From the UHGV virus genome UHGV-0135878: 39,269 nucleotides of DNA; one strand, given 5' to 3'. The translations under genes were made by a program, and so were the position numbers. Origin of the DNA: a virus. The notes below the pieces were generated by a model. The model was not told the DNA's origin and did no database searches. It saw nothing but the letters and a program-made list of their open reading frames with translations. Shown here one piece after another: positions 9,858 through 18,825 of this stretch. Each line of letters starts with the position of its first letter. Within the stretch, counting starts at the first letter, position 1.

Positions 9858-10091
9858 ATGCGCATTGAAATAATGATCGATAAAGAGCAGAAGATTAGCC
9901 AGTCTATCCTGGACGCCCTTGAATCCGAGCTTTACCGCAATCTGCGCCCCCTGTATCCCAAAACGGTAATTCGTATCCGCAAAGGTAGCTCTAACGGTGT
10001 GGAACTGACCGGACTGCAACTGGACGAAGAAAGAAAACAAGTGATGAAAATTATGCAGAAGGTGTGGGAAGACGACAGCTGGCTGCATTAA
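9858..10091 (+). CDS. DinI-family protein
   Basis: 77 aa, MRIEIMIDKE...DALESEL...WEDDSWLH resembles DinI; RBS GAGGTGA; ATG at 9858. Confidence 0.7.
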   Translation: MRIEIMIDKEQKISQSILDALESELYRNLRPLYPKTVIRIRKGSSNGVELTGLQLDEERKQVMKIMQKVWEDDSWLH

Positions 10092-10093
10092 GA

Positions 10094-10136
10094 AACGTTG
10101 CTGGCGTCTGAACTTGCTTCTGACGTCAGCAACGTT
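10094..10136. terminator. Stem-loop between convergent genes (15-bp stem with one G-T pair, 13-nt loop)
   Basis: aacgttgctggcgtc ... gacgtcagcaacgtt immediately after the DinI-like stop; no clean T-run, so terminator function is inferred. Confidence 0.4.
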
Positions 10137-10357
10137 GAACAACTAGTTTAGTGGGGCATTAGTCATGGGGTAAAATACAGTAACCATTATTTTCACTTCC
10201 GCTCAGATTTAACCGAACGTTAGTTTTGCTACGTATGATGGGCTGCAAATTACCTTTTGGGATTTGTGATAGATACGAAAATCCTATTAGATGCTTGTTA
10301 GACCGGAAGCGCCACTTCGAACGAAAAGTAATGGCCACTTATGCCGGTTTAAAAGCC

Positions 10358-10888
10358 TTAACCTTGTATAGTTATTTGAATATTTTCTTCATTGACACCA
10401 AAGTATAGGGCTAGCCCTGCTTTTGCCTCCTGAAGTGTTAACGGCTTAACTACATTTTCTTCTTCTTCTTCGTACTCATCACCCGCTTGATCGACAATCG
10501 AATTAGTCGGGGTTAATTTTGGAAGAGCTTTAAATTCCAACTTGTCAGCCTCAATGCCAATGTCTTTGAGGTTGCGATAAGAAACGGGATTCCGATTGCC
10601 ATCCCATTGTCCTGGGATGTCAATTTCAGCATAAGAATTGATGTTTATGATCCAGCGTTTAGGGTTTTCTGGAGCCCTGCTTACTCCCGAGATTCGACCG
10701 ATCATAAAAGCATGATGATGTTTTGCTTCTTGTGATCCCCAGTCCTTTCTCGAATTTTGTACACAAACTAAATATTCGTGCTTAGCTGCATGGCTGGCGT
10801 CAAGTCTCCATGCTTGGCTTCCCCCTGTGTTCAAAATCTCTGTTAAACCACGAGCAGTAAGTACAGTAATACAGTTGGTAGTAGCCAT
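10358..10888 (-). CDS. Hypothetical 176-aa protein at the P2 old/tin position (accessory gene)
   Basis: ATG at 10888; transcribed opposite to the early operon, just left of the cos-like site; acidic EYEEEEE stretch; no motif recognised. Confidence 0.6.
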   Translation of the reverse strand: MATTNCITVLTARGLTEILNTGGSQAWRLDASHAAKHEYLVCVQNSRKDWGSQEAKHHHAFMIGRISGVSRAPENPKRWIININSYAEIDIPGQWDGNRNPVSYRNLKDIGIEADKLEFKALPKLTPTNSIVDQAGDEYEEEEENVVKPLTLQEAKAGLALYFGVNEENIQITIQG

Positions 10889-11205
10889 TGAATTGTGACT
10901 CCGTCTTTTTTAGAGAAATACTATTGATGAATGTAGTTTACGTATTTTTTTATTGAGTAGTCAAGTTAGTATTCTGCTCGTTATTGGCTGTTTTTTGAGT
11001 GTTGTGAGTTAGTACTTTGTGTAGTACCTCTTGGTTTATGAGGGTTAAATCTAAGTTATGACAAAGGGAGGCAGGGGGAACGCGCAGCGCAAGGTGTACA
11101 GGAGGCCATAAGGACTCACTTGAAGTAAGAAAAGATCGATAAAGCAACAATGCATGTCTATGCCGCATGAATTCGCATGATCGTTTGAGGATCGTTTTAG
11201 CTGAG

Positions 11206-11233
11206 GCCCGCTAGGAATGGCGGGCTTTTGTTT
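11206..11233 (+). terminator. Rho-independent-terminator-like hairpin (gcccgc-8nt-gcgggc then TTTTGTTT)
   Basis: 6-bp GC stem and T-run on the + strand about 45 nt before the cos-like motif; no upstream + strand ORF. Confidence 0.35.
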
Positions 11234-11274
11234 ATGTCATGCAAGTGCATGAAAACCACTACATAAAGCGGGCA

Positions 11275-11293
11275 GGCGTGGCGGGGATACGAG
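11275..11293. other. Candidate cos (cohesive end) site, ggcgtggcggggatacgag
   Basis: First 13 nt match the GGCG(A/T)GGCGGGGA cohesive-end motif I remember for P2/186; lies in a GC-rich island within AT-rich DNA between the old/tin position and Q. Confidence 0.45.
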
Positions 11294-11658
11294 CGCGCGC
11301 ACCTTCTAATAATTACAAAGTCATTGAGATATGCAGGGGATATTCTATATTTCATTTAATCGATATACCCAACCGAGCTACTAGATTGATTGTGCAAAGT
11401 TAATCAACTAACTATTAGGTGAAAATATATTCCCAATAGTTATCATTCAGATTTATTTAATTCCTCGTTCGTATCATTTTTTATTTACCAATAAGCTGTG
11501 TGATTTTTATGTTAAATTAACGGCAATAGCATAATATGTTGTGAAAATGTGATGAGATCTACTTGATATTATTTTTATAATGGTGTTAATTGTTAGTCAG
11601 CTAAACGGTGTTACATTTTATTTTCAACGAAATTAAGTTTTTGTCATGGAGAGGCTTT

Positions 11659-12480
11659 ATGAAGGTTAGTTTTGATGTTGTTATTAAAAGTGGTGCTTAT
11701 GATGTTGATATGGATTACGCGCTTAAAACATTAGCTGGTACATCGAATGTAGTTTGCCTTTTGGCAGAAGCGATACTTCGTGGAAGAATTATTGAACGGC
11801 GTACCCATGCAAATGATATCAGAGCAAAGCTTAAACACAGTTTTCCGGGTTCTTATGGTCAAAAATTTGACATCGAGATAAATGACTCGACACTGATTTC
11901 TCGTTTGAATTCTATGGGACGTAGTGTTTTCTCTGAAGTAATGAGTTACTATATTTGTGAAGCGCTATATGTTGAGCATAATGGTTTGACAGATGCAGCA
12001 CAGAAAATCATTGATAGTTTAGTTGCAATAGAGGATGAGCTTACAAAGCGAATTCGTTCCCCACTAAAAGATATGCATAAAGTCACTACAATGAATGGTT
12101 ATAATGTTGAGTTATCTTATCGAAAACCTGGATCACCAGAAAACATTATAACGTTGACACCAGAAACTGAGATTAATATTTCAGATACTGAAATACTACA
12201 GGTTTCCCATGATATATCTGTAATCATAACTCGTTTTAATTCAATGACAGGAAATGGTCGACTTATACTTGAAGGGTATGAAGAACATGGCACTGTAGCA
12301 TTTGGATTTTATGATAATTTAAGATATGTAACAGAAAACCATAAAAGACAAATCACTCAAAACTTGCATCACAATAATGGCCTTCCATCAGATAGATGGC
12401 AATATATGAATTTAACTGTAAGTGATATGGTTCTTCCTAGTGGGGATGTTATTAAATATCTAATTCGTAATATACCTTGA
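11659..12480 (+). CDS. Hypothetical 273-aa soluble protein, first gene of accessory operon
   Basis: ATG at 11659 with RBS GGAGAGG (track start 11608 is upstream in-frame); strongly AT-rich; no motif recognised. Confidence 0.65.
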   Translation: MKVSFDVVIKSGAYDVDMDYALKTLAGTSNVVCLLAEAILRGRIIERRTHANDIRAKLKHSFPGSYGQKFDIEINDSTLISRLNSMGRSVFSEVMSYYICEALYVEHNGLTDAAQKIIDSLVAIEDELTKRIRSPLKDMHKVTTMNGYNVELSYRKPGSPENIITLTPETEINISDTEILQVSHDISVIITRFNSMTGNGRLILEGYEEHGTVAFGFYDNLRYVTENHKRQITQNLHHNNGLPSDRWQYMNLTVSDMVLPSGDVIKYLIRNIP

Positions 12481-12490
12481 TAGAGTTATT

Positions 12491-13186
12491 ATGAAAATTC
12501 ACTCTATTAAAATCTTTGCTGCATTAGTAATTATAATTACGTGGTTGAGTTATTTTGCAAAGTTTGGTGATTGGTTTAACTTCTCGAGTGATACGGCTGT
12601 TTGGGGGCAGTTTGGGGATTTTTTAGGAGGGGTGATTAATCCACTGCTTACATTTATATCTGTTGTTTACTTGATTAACTCTGTAAATCTTCAGCGAGAG
12701 GCGAACGCTAGCCTGATTGCGCTTGAAGAGTTTAAGAAAACTGAGACCAAATTTTATAACATGCTTGAGTCACAACGAAGTGGCTTCGAAAGCTTTAAAA
12801 TTGTAGATAGTGTGGATGGGAAACCTTTAGTTATCAAGGACGGTGACGCGGTTACATATATTGAGGATGTTGTTGTAGAAATGGTAATCCAAGGAAGTAC
12901 AAAAGGAGAAATCTCAAATAAAATAGGTGGAATGGATAAAGCGGATAATATATTTAGTATAGTGAGGCGCTTTCATAATATTATTAAGTTGATTAAAAGG
13001 GAAATTCCGGAAAACTTAAGAAGTGAATATTATGATAGTTTAGTTAATATGACTGAGTATAAGCAAATATGTCTTATATTAATATCAATGGAGCTTTTTG
13101 ATTGGCCTATTTTAAGTAGCATTGATGAAAGTGGTGTGTTTAATATTGAGGCATTAATGGAATATAGAAAAGCATTTAGACCATAA
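12491..13186 (+). CDS. Hypothetical 231-aa membrane protein (two N-terminal TM helices plus ~170-aa soluble domain)
   Basis: ATG 10 nt after upstream stop; hydrophobic segments at about residues 7-26 and 41-62; AT-rich. Confidence 0.65.
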   Translation: MKIHSIKIFAALVIIITWLSYFAKFGDWFNFSSDTAVWGQFGDFLGGVINPLLTFISVVYLINSVNLQREANASLIALEEFKKTETKFYNMLESQRSGFESFKIVDSVDGKPLVIKDGDAVTYIEDVVVEMVIQGSTKGEISNKIGGMDKADNIFSIVRRFHNIIKLIKREIPENLRSEYYDSLVNMTEYKQICLILISMELFDWPILSSIDESGVFNIEALMEYRKAFRP

Positions 13187-13192
13187 CTGAAT

Positions 13193-13220
13193 AAGAAACA
13201 ATGCTTAGGCATTGTTTCTT
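13193..13220. terminator. Perfect 12-bp stem / 4-nt loop hairpin between the accessory operon and portal gene 3' end
   Basis: aagaaacaatgc ttag gcattgtttctt followed by gtgtttat; sits between convergent stops at 13186 and 13231. Confidence 0.5.
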
Positions 13221-13230
13221 GTGTTTATAA

Positions 13231-14259
13231 TCAATCAAGGTTATATTTTTTGAATTGAATAATTTTATCTTCTAGCCATTCATTAACTTCTTTCATCCTT
13301 TTTTGTAATGGTAAAAGTTCATTTCGAACAAAAACATTCGCTGCCTTCTCCACATCCCCAAATCCCCCAACATTATTCGGCATTATCCCCATCATTTGTG
13401 GCGGCACACGATGCGCCGCCATCATGTCGTCCCGGCTCACGTTCTTGATATTCAGGAACTCATCCTTCGCCGCCACTTCTGACAACGGGATAATCTGAAG
13501 CCCGTCCTTTTTACCGTTAGGCGAGTACATAAACAGGTTACGGAAGTTACCAGGACCTTTGGCGCTTTTCATCGCATTGCGGAGGTTGTTCACATCCTCC
13601 TGGTTCTGCGCAGCATCGGTCATGTACATGATGAAGCCTGCATGACTGCCGTTAATGTAATACTTGCGGCGGAACAGCGTGGCGGACTCGTTGAGCAGAG
13701 CTGACGGAATGGCAGAAAGATAACCGGGCAGGCCGTAGATCTCCTGGTTGATGTCCGGTTCCATCAGATGAAAAATGCTGCCTTTCGTGAACTGATACGG
13801 CTGGGTTGTCATACCGTATTGCACAAACCAGTAGGTATCCAGGTCTAACCCGCGTCGGGTGTATTTTGCCAGCGCAGGCTCAAGGGCGATAACTTCACCG
13901 AATCGGTTCGTGCGTTTCTCCAGGTAGGCGTTACCAAATACCAGATAGTCCTGCACAAAACGCGAAAAAGCCTGCTGGCTGAGCAGCGGATGAGGGATAT
14001 AGGTACTGGTCAGAATGTTGCACTTTACTGCAATCGGGGAACTGTGATGCACGGCAGCGCGGAAGGTGCGCGCCAGTCCGTCAAAGCTGACGGGCGGCTC
14101 ATACCAACGGTCCATCTGTACGCATTCCACATAGTCCAGCAGTTCTCGGCGGTCCAGAACAGGAACGGGATCGCCGAAGCTGAATGCTTCGGCTGTAGTC
14201 TGGTTTTTAAGCTGGATCTGTTTCGTCGCCGCAGCGCGGTTCTTCTTACTCTTTCCCAT
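13231..14259 (-). CDS. Q: Portal protein (P2 gpQ family)
   Basis: 342 aa from ATG at 14259 (track 14262 is TTG); size and position match P2 Q; start overlaps P stop. Confidence 0.9.
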   Translation of the reverse strand: MGKSKKNRAAATKQIQLKNQTTAEAFSFGDPVPVLDRRELLDYVECVQMDRWYEPPVSFDGLARTFRAAVHHSSPIAVKCNILTSTYIPHPLLSQQAFSRFVQDYLVFGNAYLEKRTNRFGEVIALEPALAKYTRRGLDLDTYWFVQYGMTTQPYQFTKGSIFHLMEPDINQEIYGLPGYLSAIPSALLNESATLFRRKYYINGSHAGFIMYMTDAAQNQEDVNNLRNAMKSAKGPGNFRNLFMYSPNGKKDGLQIIPLSEVAAKDEFLNIKNVSRDDMMAAHRVPPQMMGIMPNNVGGFGDVEKAANVFVRNELLPLQKRMKEVNEWLEDKIIQFKKYNLD

Positions 14260-16025
14260 CAAAAAATCTCCACAATATTGCTGGTATTGGCGGATTCGCC
14301 CTGCAGCGGTTCGTTAAACAGTGCGTGCATTGTTGCCCAGGCCAGATCGGCGTGGCTGGCTTCTTCGCTGCGGCTGGCTTCATAGGTCGGGCGGTTGCCG
14401 CTGGCGGTGGTTGCGCGACGGATTGCCATGAATGACTGCGCAATGTCGGTGTGTCCGGCGTCAAACTCCAGACGGCGGTGGCTGATAATGTCGTAGGCCT
14501 TGAGTACCAGGGCGTTTTTAACGTTGGGATTGTAGACAAACTCCCTGACGGCAGGAAAAAACGCTTTCACGTTCTCGTAAACCCCGTGACCGACGCCGGT
14601 CGAGTCGATGCCGATATAGGTCACGTTATACTGTTCGGTCAGTTTTTTGATGGCGTCAGCCTGGGCGCGGAAGTCCATCCCGCGCCACTGGTGACGCTCA
14701 AGAATGCGGAACTTACCGCCCGGCACGGCTGGCGGTGCCACCACCACGCATCCGGCGCTGTCGCCGTTCTGTGTACCTTTTGCCGGGTCATAACCGATCC
14801 AAACCTCGCGCCAGCCAAACGGGCGCAGCGCCAGTGCATGAAAGTCGGTCCAGACTTCCCAACTGTCCACCATGCACGCCTGCAGCTCGCTGAGCGGGAA
14901 CACGGACGCGAGATCGTCCACGAACTCACACATCAGCAGGTTCTGGTATTCGTCCGGGCTGTACTCCATGCGCAACTGGTCGAGATCGAACAGGTTACAG
15001 CCGCCGCGCACCGCATCTTCCACGGTGACTATCTGGCGGTATTGCCCGTCTGCGCACAGCAGGCCGGGGGCCAGATTGTTGTGGGACAGGTCGATGTCCA
15101 CCTTATCGGCTTTGTTGCGCCCACGATTGAACAGCGCACCGGACCAGAACGGATAAGCACTGTGGGTCAGGCTGGATGGCGTGGAAAAATAGGTTTGTCG
15201 CCATTTTTTGTGAATAGCCATACCGGAAGCCACTTTGCGCAGCTCCTGAAATTTCGGTATCCAGAAATATTCATCCAGATACAGGTTGCCGTGATAACTC
15301 TGGGCCGTGCGGGCATTGGTGCCGAGGAAGTAAAGCGTGGCACCGTTAGGAAGCACCATCGGATCACCTTTCAGCTCCACCTCCACTTCTTTGGCGAAGT
15401 CGATGATGTACTGCTTAAAGACGTAGGCCTGTGCCTTGCTGGCGGAAAGGAAAATCTGGTTACGTCCGGTCAGCAGGGCGTCAATCAGGGCTTCACGGGC
15501 AAAATAGAAGGTTGCGCCGATCTGGCGTGACTTCAGCAGGTTGCGGATGCGGTTGGTTTTTCCGGCTTCCCACCAGTGGCGCTGGTAGTTGAACATGGAG
15601 GAATGGAAAATTTCTTCCAGCTTCTCAATCTGTTCATCGGTGAAAACGTTCTTTTCCGGCTGACGGCGTGGGCCTTTGTTGCGGTTGGCGACGTTAGGGT
15701 TTAAGTCGGATTCGTTGCCGCCATTGTTAAACTTGCCGATCCGCGCGTGGCGTTCCGACTGGCGCGCCAGCAGGTCAATCTCTTTGAAATCTTTCCCTTC
15801 TTTGTGCTCCTTCATAATGAGCTGGCAGTAGCGTGCGGCGGTGGTGAGCTGCATCTGATCCAGCGGCCCATAGTCACCCCACTTGTCGCGTTTTTTCCAG
15901 CTGTGAACGGTTGCAACTTTCTCGCCCAGCATTTCAGCAATGCGGGCTACGCGGTATCCCTGAAAGTACAGCAGCATGGCCTGCCGACGGGGATCGAGAT
16001 CTGCGGGTGTCAGTGTGGTGTTCAT
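14259..16025 (-). CDS. P: Terminase large subunit (P2 gpP family)
   Basis: 588 aa, ATG at 16025; divergent from capsid operon as in P2. Confidence 0.9.
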   Translation of the reverse strand: MNTTLTPADLDPRRQAMLLYFQGYRVARIAEMLGEKVATVHSWKKRDKWGDYGPLDQMQLTTAARYCQLIMKEHKEGKDFKEIDLLARQSERHARIGKFNNGGNESDLNPNVANRNKGPRRQPEKNVFTDEQIEKLEEIFHSSMFNYQRHWWEAGKTNRIRNLLKSRQIGATFYFAREALIDALLTGRNQIFLSASKAQAYVFKQYIIDFAKEVEVELKGDPMVLPNGATLYFLGTNARTAQSYHGNLYLDEYFWIPKFQELRKVASGMAIHKKWRQTYFSTPSSLTHSAYPFWSGALFNRGRNKADKVDIDLSHNNLAPGLLCADGQYRQIVTVEDAVRGGCNLFDLDQLRMEYSPDEYQNLLMCEFVDDLASVFPLSELQACMVDSWEVWTDFHALALRPFGWREVWIGYDPAKGTQNGDSAGCVVVAPPAVPGGKFRILERHQWRGMDFRAQADAIKKLTEQYNVTYIGIDSTGVGHGVYENVKAFFPAVREFVYNPNVKNALVLKAYDIISHRRLEFDAGHTDIAQSFMAIRRATTASGNRPTYEASRSEEASHADLAWATMHALFNEPLQGESANTSNIVEIF

Positions 16026-16071
16026 GGCACAAACCTACAGCCTTGAATGAAGGCTTTCCCCGCCTGCGGTT

Positions 16072-16089
16072 TGTGTGGTTGTCGGTACA
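16072..16089. promoter_or_regulatory. TGT-N12-ACA motif, candidate Ogr-type late-activator site in the P/O divergent region
   Basis: tgtgtggttgtcggtaca between the P start (16025) and O start (16168). Confidence 0.35.
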
Positions 16090-16167
16090 AATACCGCGCA
16101 TTGTTTCACTGCCCCCATCACCGCAACCATAAGGCTCCAGTAAGTTTTTTCTAACGGAGCACGGCTC

Positions 16168-17001
16168 ATGACAGTGAAAGCAAAGCGTTTTCGCATCGGG
16201 GTGGAAGGTGCCACTACCGACGGACGCGAAATCCAGCGTGAATGGCTGGAACAGATGGCAGCCAGCTACAATCCGGCGGTGTACACCGCGCTGATTAACC
16301 TTGAGCACATCAAGTCTTATCTTCCGGACAGCACCTTTAACCGCTACGGCAAGGTGACGGCGCTGTTTGCTGAAGAAATCACGGAAGGTCCGCTGGCAGG
16401 CAAGATGGCACTGTATGCCGACGTTGAGCCAACGGAGTCCCTGGTGGAACTGGTGAAAAAAGGCCAGAAATTATTCACCTCTATGGAAGTCAGCCCGAAG
16501 TTTGCTGATACGGGCAAAGCCTACCTGGTCGGCCTGGCTGCCACTGATGATCCCGCCAGTCTGGGTACGGAAATGCTGACATTCAGCGCCAGTGCAGCCC
16601 ATAACCCGCTGGCAAACCGCAAGCAGAATCCCGCCAATCTTTTTACCGCTGCAGAGGAAACGGTGATCGAACTGGAAGAAATCCAGGAGGACAAGCCGTC
16701 CCTGTTTGCCCGCGTCACGGCGCTGTTCACCAAAAAAGAGCAGTCCGATGATGCCCGGTTCTCTGATGTGCATAAGGCCGTGGAACTGGTCGCCACTGAG
16801 CAGCAAAACCTGAGCACGCGCACCGAAAAATCCCTGTCTGAGCAGGAAGAACGCCTGTCTGAGATGGAGACTGCCCTGCAGGCACAACAAGCCGCCTTTA
16901 ACGAACTGGTGGATAAGCTGAGTCATGAAGATAGCCGCCAGGACTACCGCCAGCGTGCAACAGGCGGTAACGCCCCCGCTGACACTCTGACCAATTGCTG
17001 A
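16168..17001 (+). CDS. O: Capsid scaffolding protein (P2 gpO family)
   Basis: 277 aa, ATG at 16168; first gene of rightward capsid operon. Confidence 0.85.
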   Translation: MTVKAKRFRIGVEGATTDGREIQREWLEQMAASYNPAVYTALINLEHIKSYLPDSTFNRYGKVTALFAEEITEGPLAGKMALYADVEPTESLVELVKKGQKLFTSMEVSPKFADTGKAYLVGLAATDDPASLGTEMLTFSASAAHNPLANRKQNPANLFTAAEETVIELEEIQEDKPSLFARVTALFTKKEQSDDARFSDVHKAVELVATEQQNLSTRTEKSLSEQEERLSEMETALQAQQAAFNELVDKLSHEDSRQDYRQRATGGNAPADTLTNC

Positions 17002-17017
17002 TGGAGCACAAAACCCG

Positions 17018-18076
17018 ATGAAGAAGAATACCCGCTTTGCTTTTAACGCTTACCTGCAGCAGCTGGCGCGTCTGAACGGTGTGGCAGTTGAAGAACTGTC
17101 CAGCAAGTTCACCGTCGAACCGTCCGTGCAGCAGACGCTGGAAGACCAGATCCAGCAGTCCGCCGCTTTCCTGACACTGATTAACGTCACGCCAGTGACT
17201 GAGCAGTCCGGTCAGCTGCTGGGGCTGGGTGTTGGCAGCACCATTGCCGGAACCACTGACACCACCGCGAAAGAGCGTGAACCTGTCGATCCGACGCTGA
17301 TGGTCGATGTGGAATATAAATGCGAGCAGACCAACTTTGACACGGTGCTGACCTACGCGAAGCTGGACCTGTGGGCGAAGTTTCAGGATTTCCAGGTGCG
17401 TATCCGTGACGCCATCGTGAAACGTCAGGCACTGGACCGCATCATGATCGGCTTTAACGGCGTGAAGCGCGCGAAAACCTCTAACCGTAGCGAAAACCCG
17501 CTGCTGCAGGATGTGAACAAAGGCTGGTTGCAGAAAATCCGTGAGGATGCACCGGATCACGTCATGGGCAGCACCACCACGGGCGGTGAAACCACACCGG
17601 GTACGGTGAAAGTCGGGAAAGGTGGCGAATATGCCAACCTGGACGCCGTGGTGATGGATGCCGTCAATGAGCTTATCGACGTGGTCTATCAGGACGATGA
17701 CGATCTGGTGGTGATTTGCGGGCGTGAACTGCTGTCTGACAAGTATTTCCCGCTGGTCAACAAAGAGCAGGAGAACAGTGAAAAAATGGCTGCCGATATG
17801 ATCATCAGTCAGAAACGCATGGGGGGCTTGCAGGCCGTGCGTGCGCCATTCTTCCCGCCGAATGCGCTGCTGATCACCCGTCTGGATAACCTGTCCATCT
17901 ACTGGCAGGAAGACACCCGCCGCCGTTCAGTTATCGACAACCCGAAACGTGACCGGATTGAAAATTTTGAATCCGTTAACGAAGCCTATGTGGTTGAAGA
18001 CTACCGCTGCGCTGCACTGGTGGAAAACATCCAGATTGGCGATTTCAGCGCCGCTGCAGCAGAAACCGGAGCGTAA
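17018..18076 (+). CDS. N: Major capsid protein (P2 gpN family)
   Basis: 352 aa, size and order as P2 N. Confidence 0.9.
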   Translation: MKKNTRFAFNAYLQQLARLNGVAVEELSSKFTVEPSVQQTLEDQIQQSAAFLTLINVTPVTEQSGQLLGLGVGSTIAGTTDTTAKEREPVDPTLMVDVEYKCEQTNFDTVLTYAKLDLWAKFQDFQVRIRDAIVKRQALDRIMIGFNGVKRAKTSNRSENPLLQDVNKGWLQKIREDAPDHVMGSTTTGGETTPGTVKVGKGGEYANLDAVVMDAVNELIDVVYQDDDDLVVICGRELLSDKYFPLVNKEQENSEKMAADMIISQKRMGGLQAVRAPFFPPNALLITRLDNLSIYWQEDTRRRSVIDNPKRDRIENFESVNEAYVVEDYRCAALVENIQIGDFSAAAAETGA

Positions 18077-18079
18077 CCC

Positions 18080-18730
18080 ATGAGCCTGAGTCCAGCACGG
18101 CAGCATCGCCTGCGCGTTCAGGCTGAACAGGCCGCCCGCGAGGGCGGCAGTGTTCGCCACGCGTCGGGCTATGACCTGATGCTGCTGCAACTGGCGGAAG
18201 ACCGCCGCCGTCTCAAGGGTGTTCAGTCCACGGTCAAAAAAGCGGAAATCAAGGTGGAGCTGCTGCCGAAGTACGCCGCCTGGGCAGAGGGTGTCCTGGC
18301 TGCCGGAGGCGCACAGCAGGATGACGTGCTGATGTACGTGATGCTGTGGCGCATTGATGCCGGAGATTATGCCGGGGCGCTGGAGATCGGGCGTCACGCC
18401 CTGCGTCATGGCTGGGTGATGCCGTTAGGTAACCGCAACGTGCAGACCGTGCTGGCAGAGGAAATGGCAGATGCAGCCCAGAGCGCAATGCTTGCCGCCA
18501 CCGGCTTTGATGCCGATCTGTTGCTGCAGACGCTGGAGCTGACAGACGGTCTGGATATGCCGGACCAGTCACGGGCGCGTCTGCATAAAGCGATTGGCGC
18601 TGTCCTGAGTGAAAGCAATCCGGCTTCCGCCCTTAATCATCTCAACCATGCGTTACAGCTCGATCCCCGCTGTGGCGTGAAAAAAGACAAACAGCAGCTG
18701 GAGCGCAGACTGCGCAATGACAGCCGCTGA
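18080..18730 (+). CDS. M: Terminase small subunit (P2 gpM family)
   Basis: 216 aa, position after N. Confidence 0.8.
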   Translation: MSLSPARQHRLRVQAEQAAREGGSVRHASGYDLMLLQLAEDRRRLKGVQSTVKKAEIKVELLPKYAAWAEGVLAAGGAQQDDVLMYVMLWRIDAGDYAGALEIGRHALRHGWVMPLGNRNVQTVLAEEMADAAQSAMLAATGFDADLLLQTLELTDGLDMPDQSRARLHKAIGAVLSESNPASALNHLNHALQLDPRCGVKKDKQQLERRLRNDSR

Positions 18731-18825
18731 CAGAACGTGCCCCCGCGCACGGGCGGCACGGGGTGGCGAAAGGCACTGCCACATCAAAACCCCGTCCACC
18801 GCCCTTTATTTCAGGAGAAAGCAGC

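Noticed and set aside
10950-11168. 72-aa minus-strand ORF in the AT-rich region
   Set aside because: No RBS, low-complexity translation, and it overlaps the cos-like region and the promoter region of the 176-aa gene.
11040-11300. Retron msr/msd-like structured non-coding region (direct repeats gatcgttt and gcatg)
   Set aside because: No reverse transcriptase gene nearby (neither downstream ORF has a YxDD motif), and the region matches the P2/186 cos motif, which explains the GC-rich island better.
11659-12480. 273-aa protein as a nucleotidyltransferase (GSYGQKFDIEIND resembles a GS...DxD motif)
   Set aside because: Spacing between the Gly-Ser and the acidic residues is too short for the pol-beta/CD-NTase fold and the second acidic position does not fit; left as unknown function.
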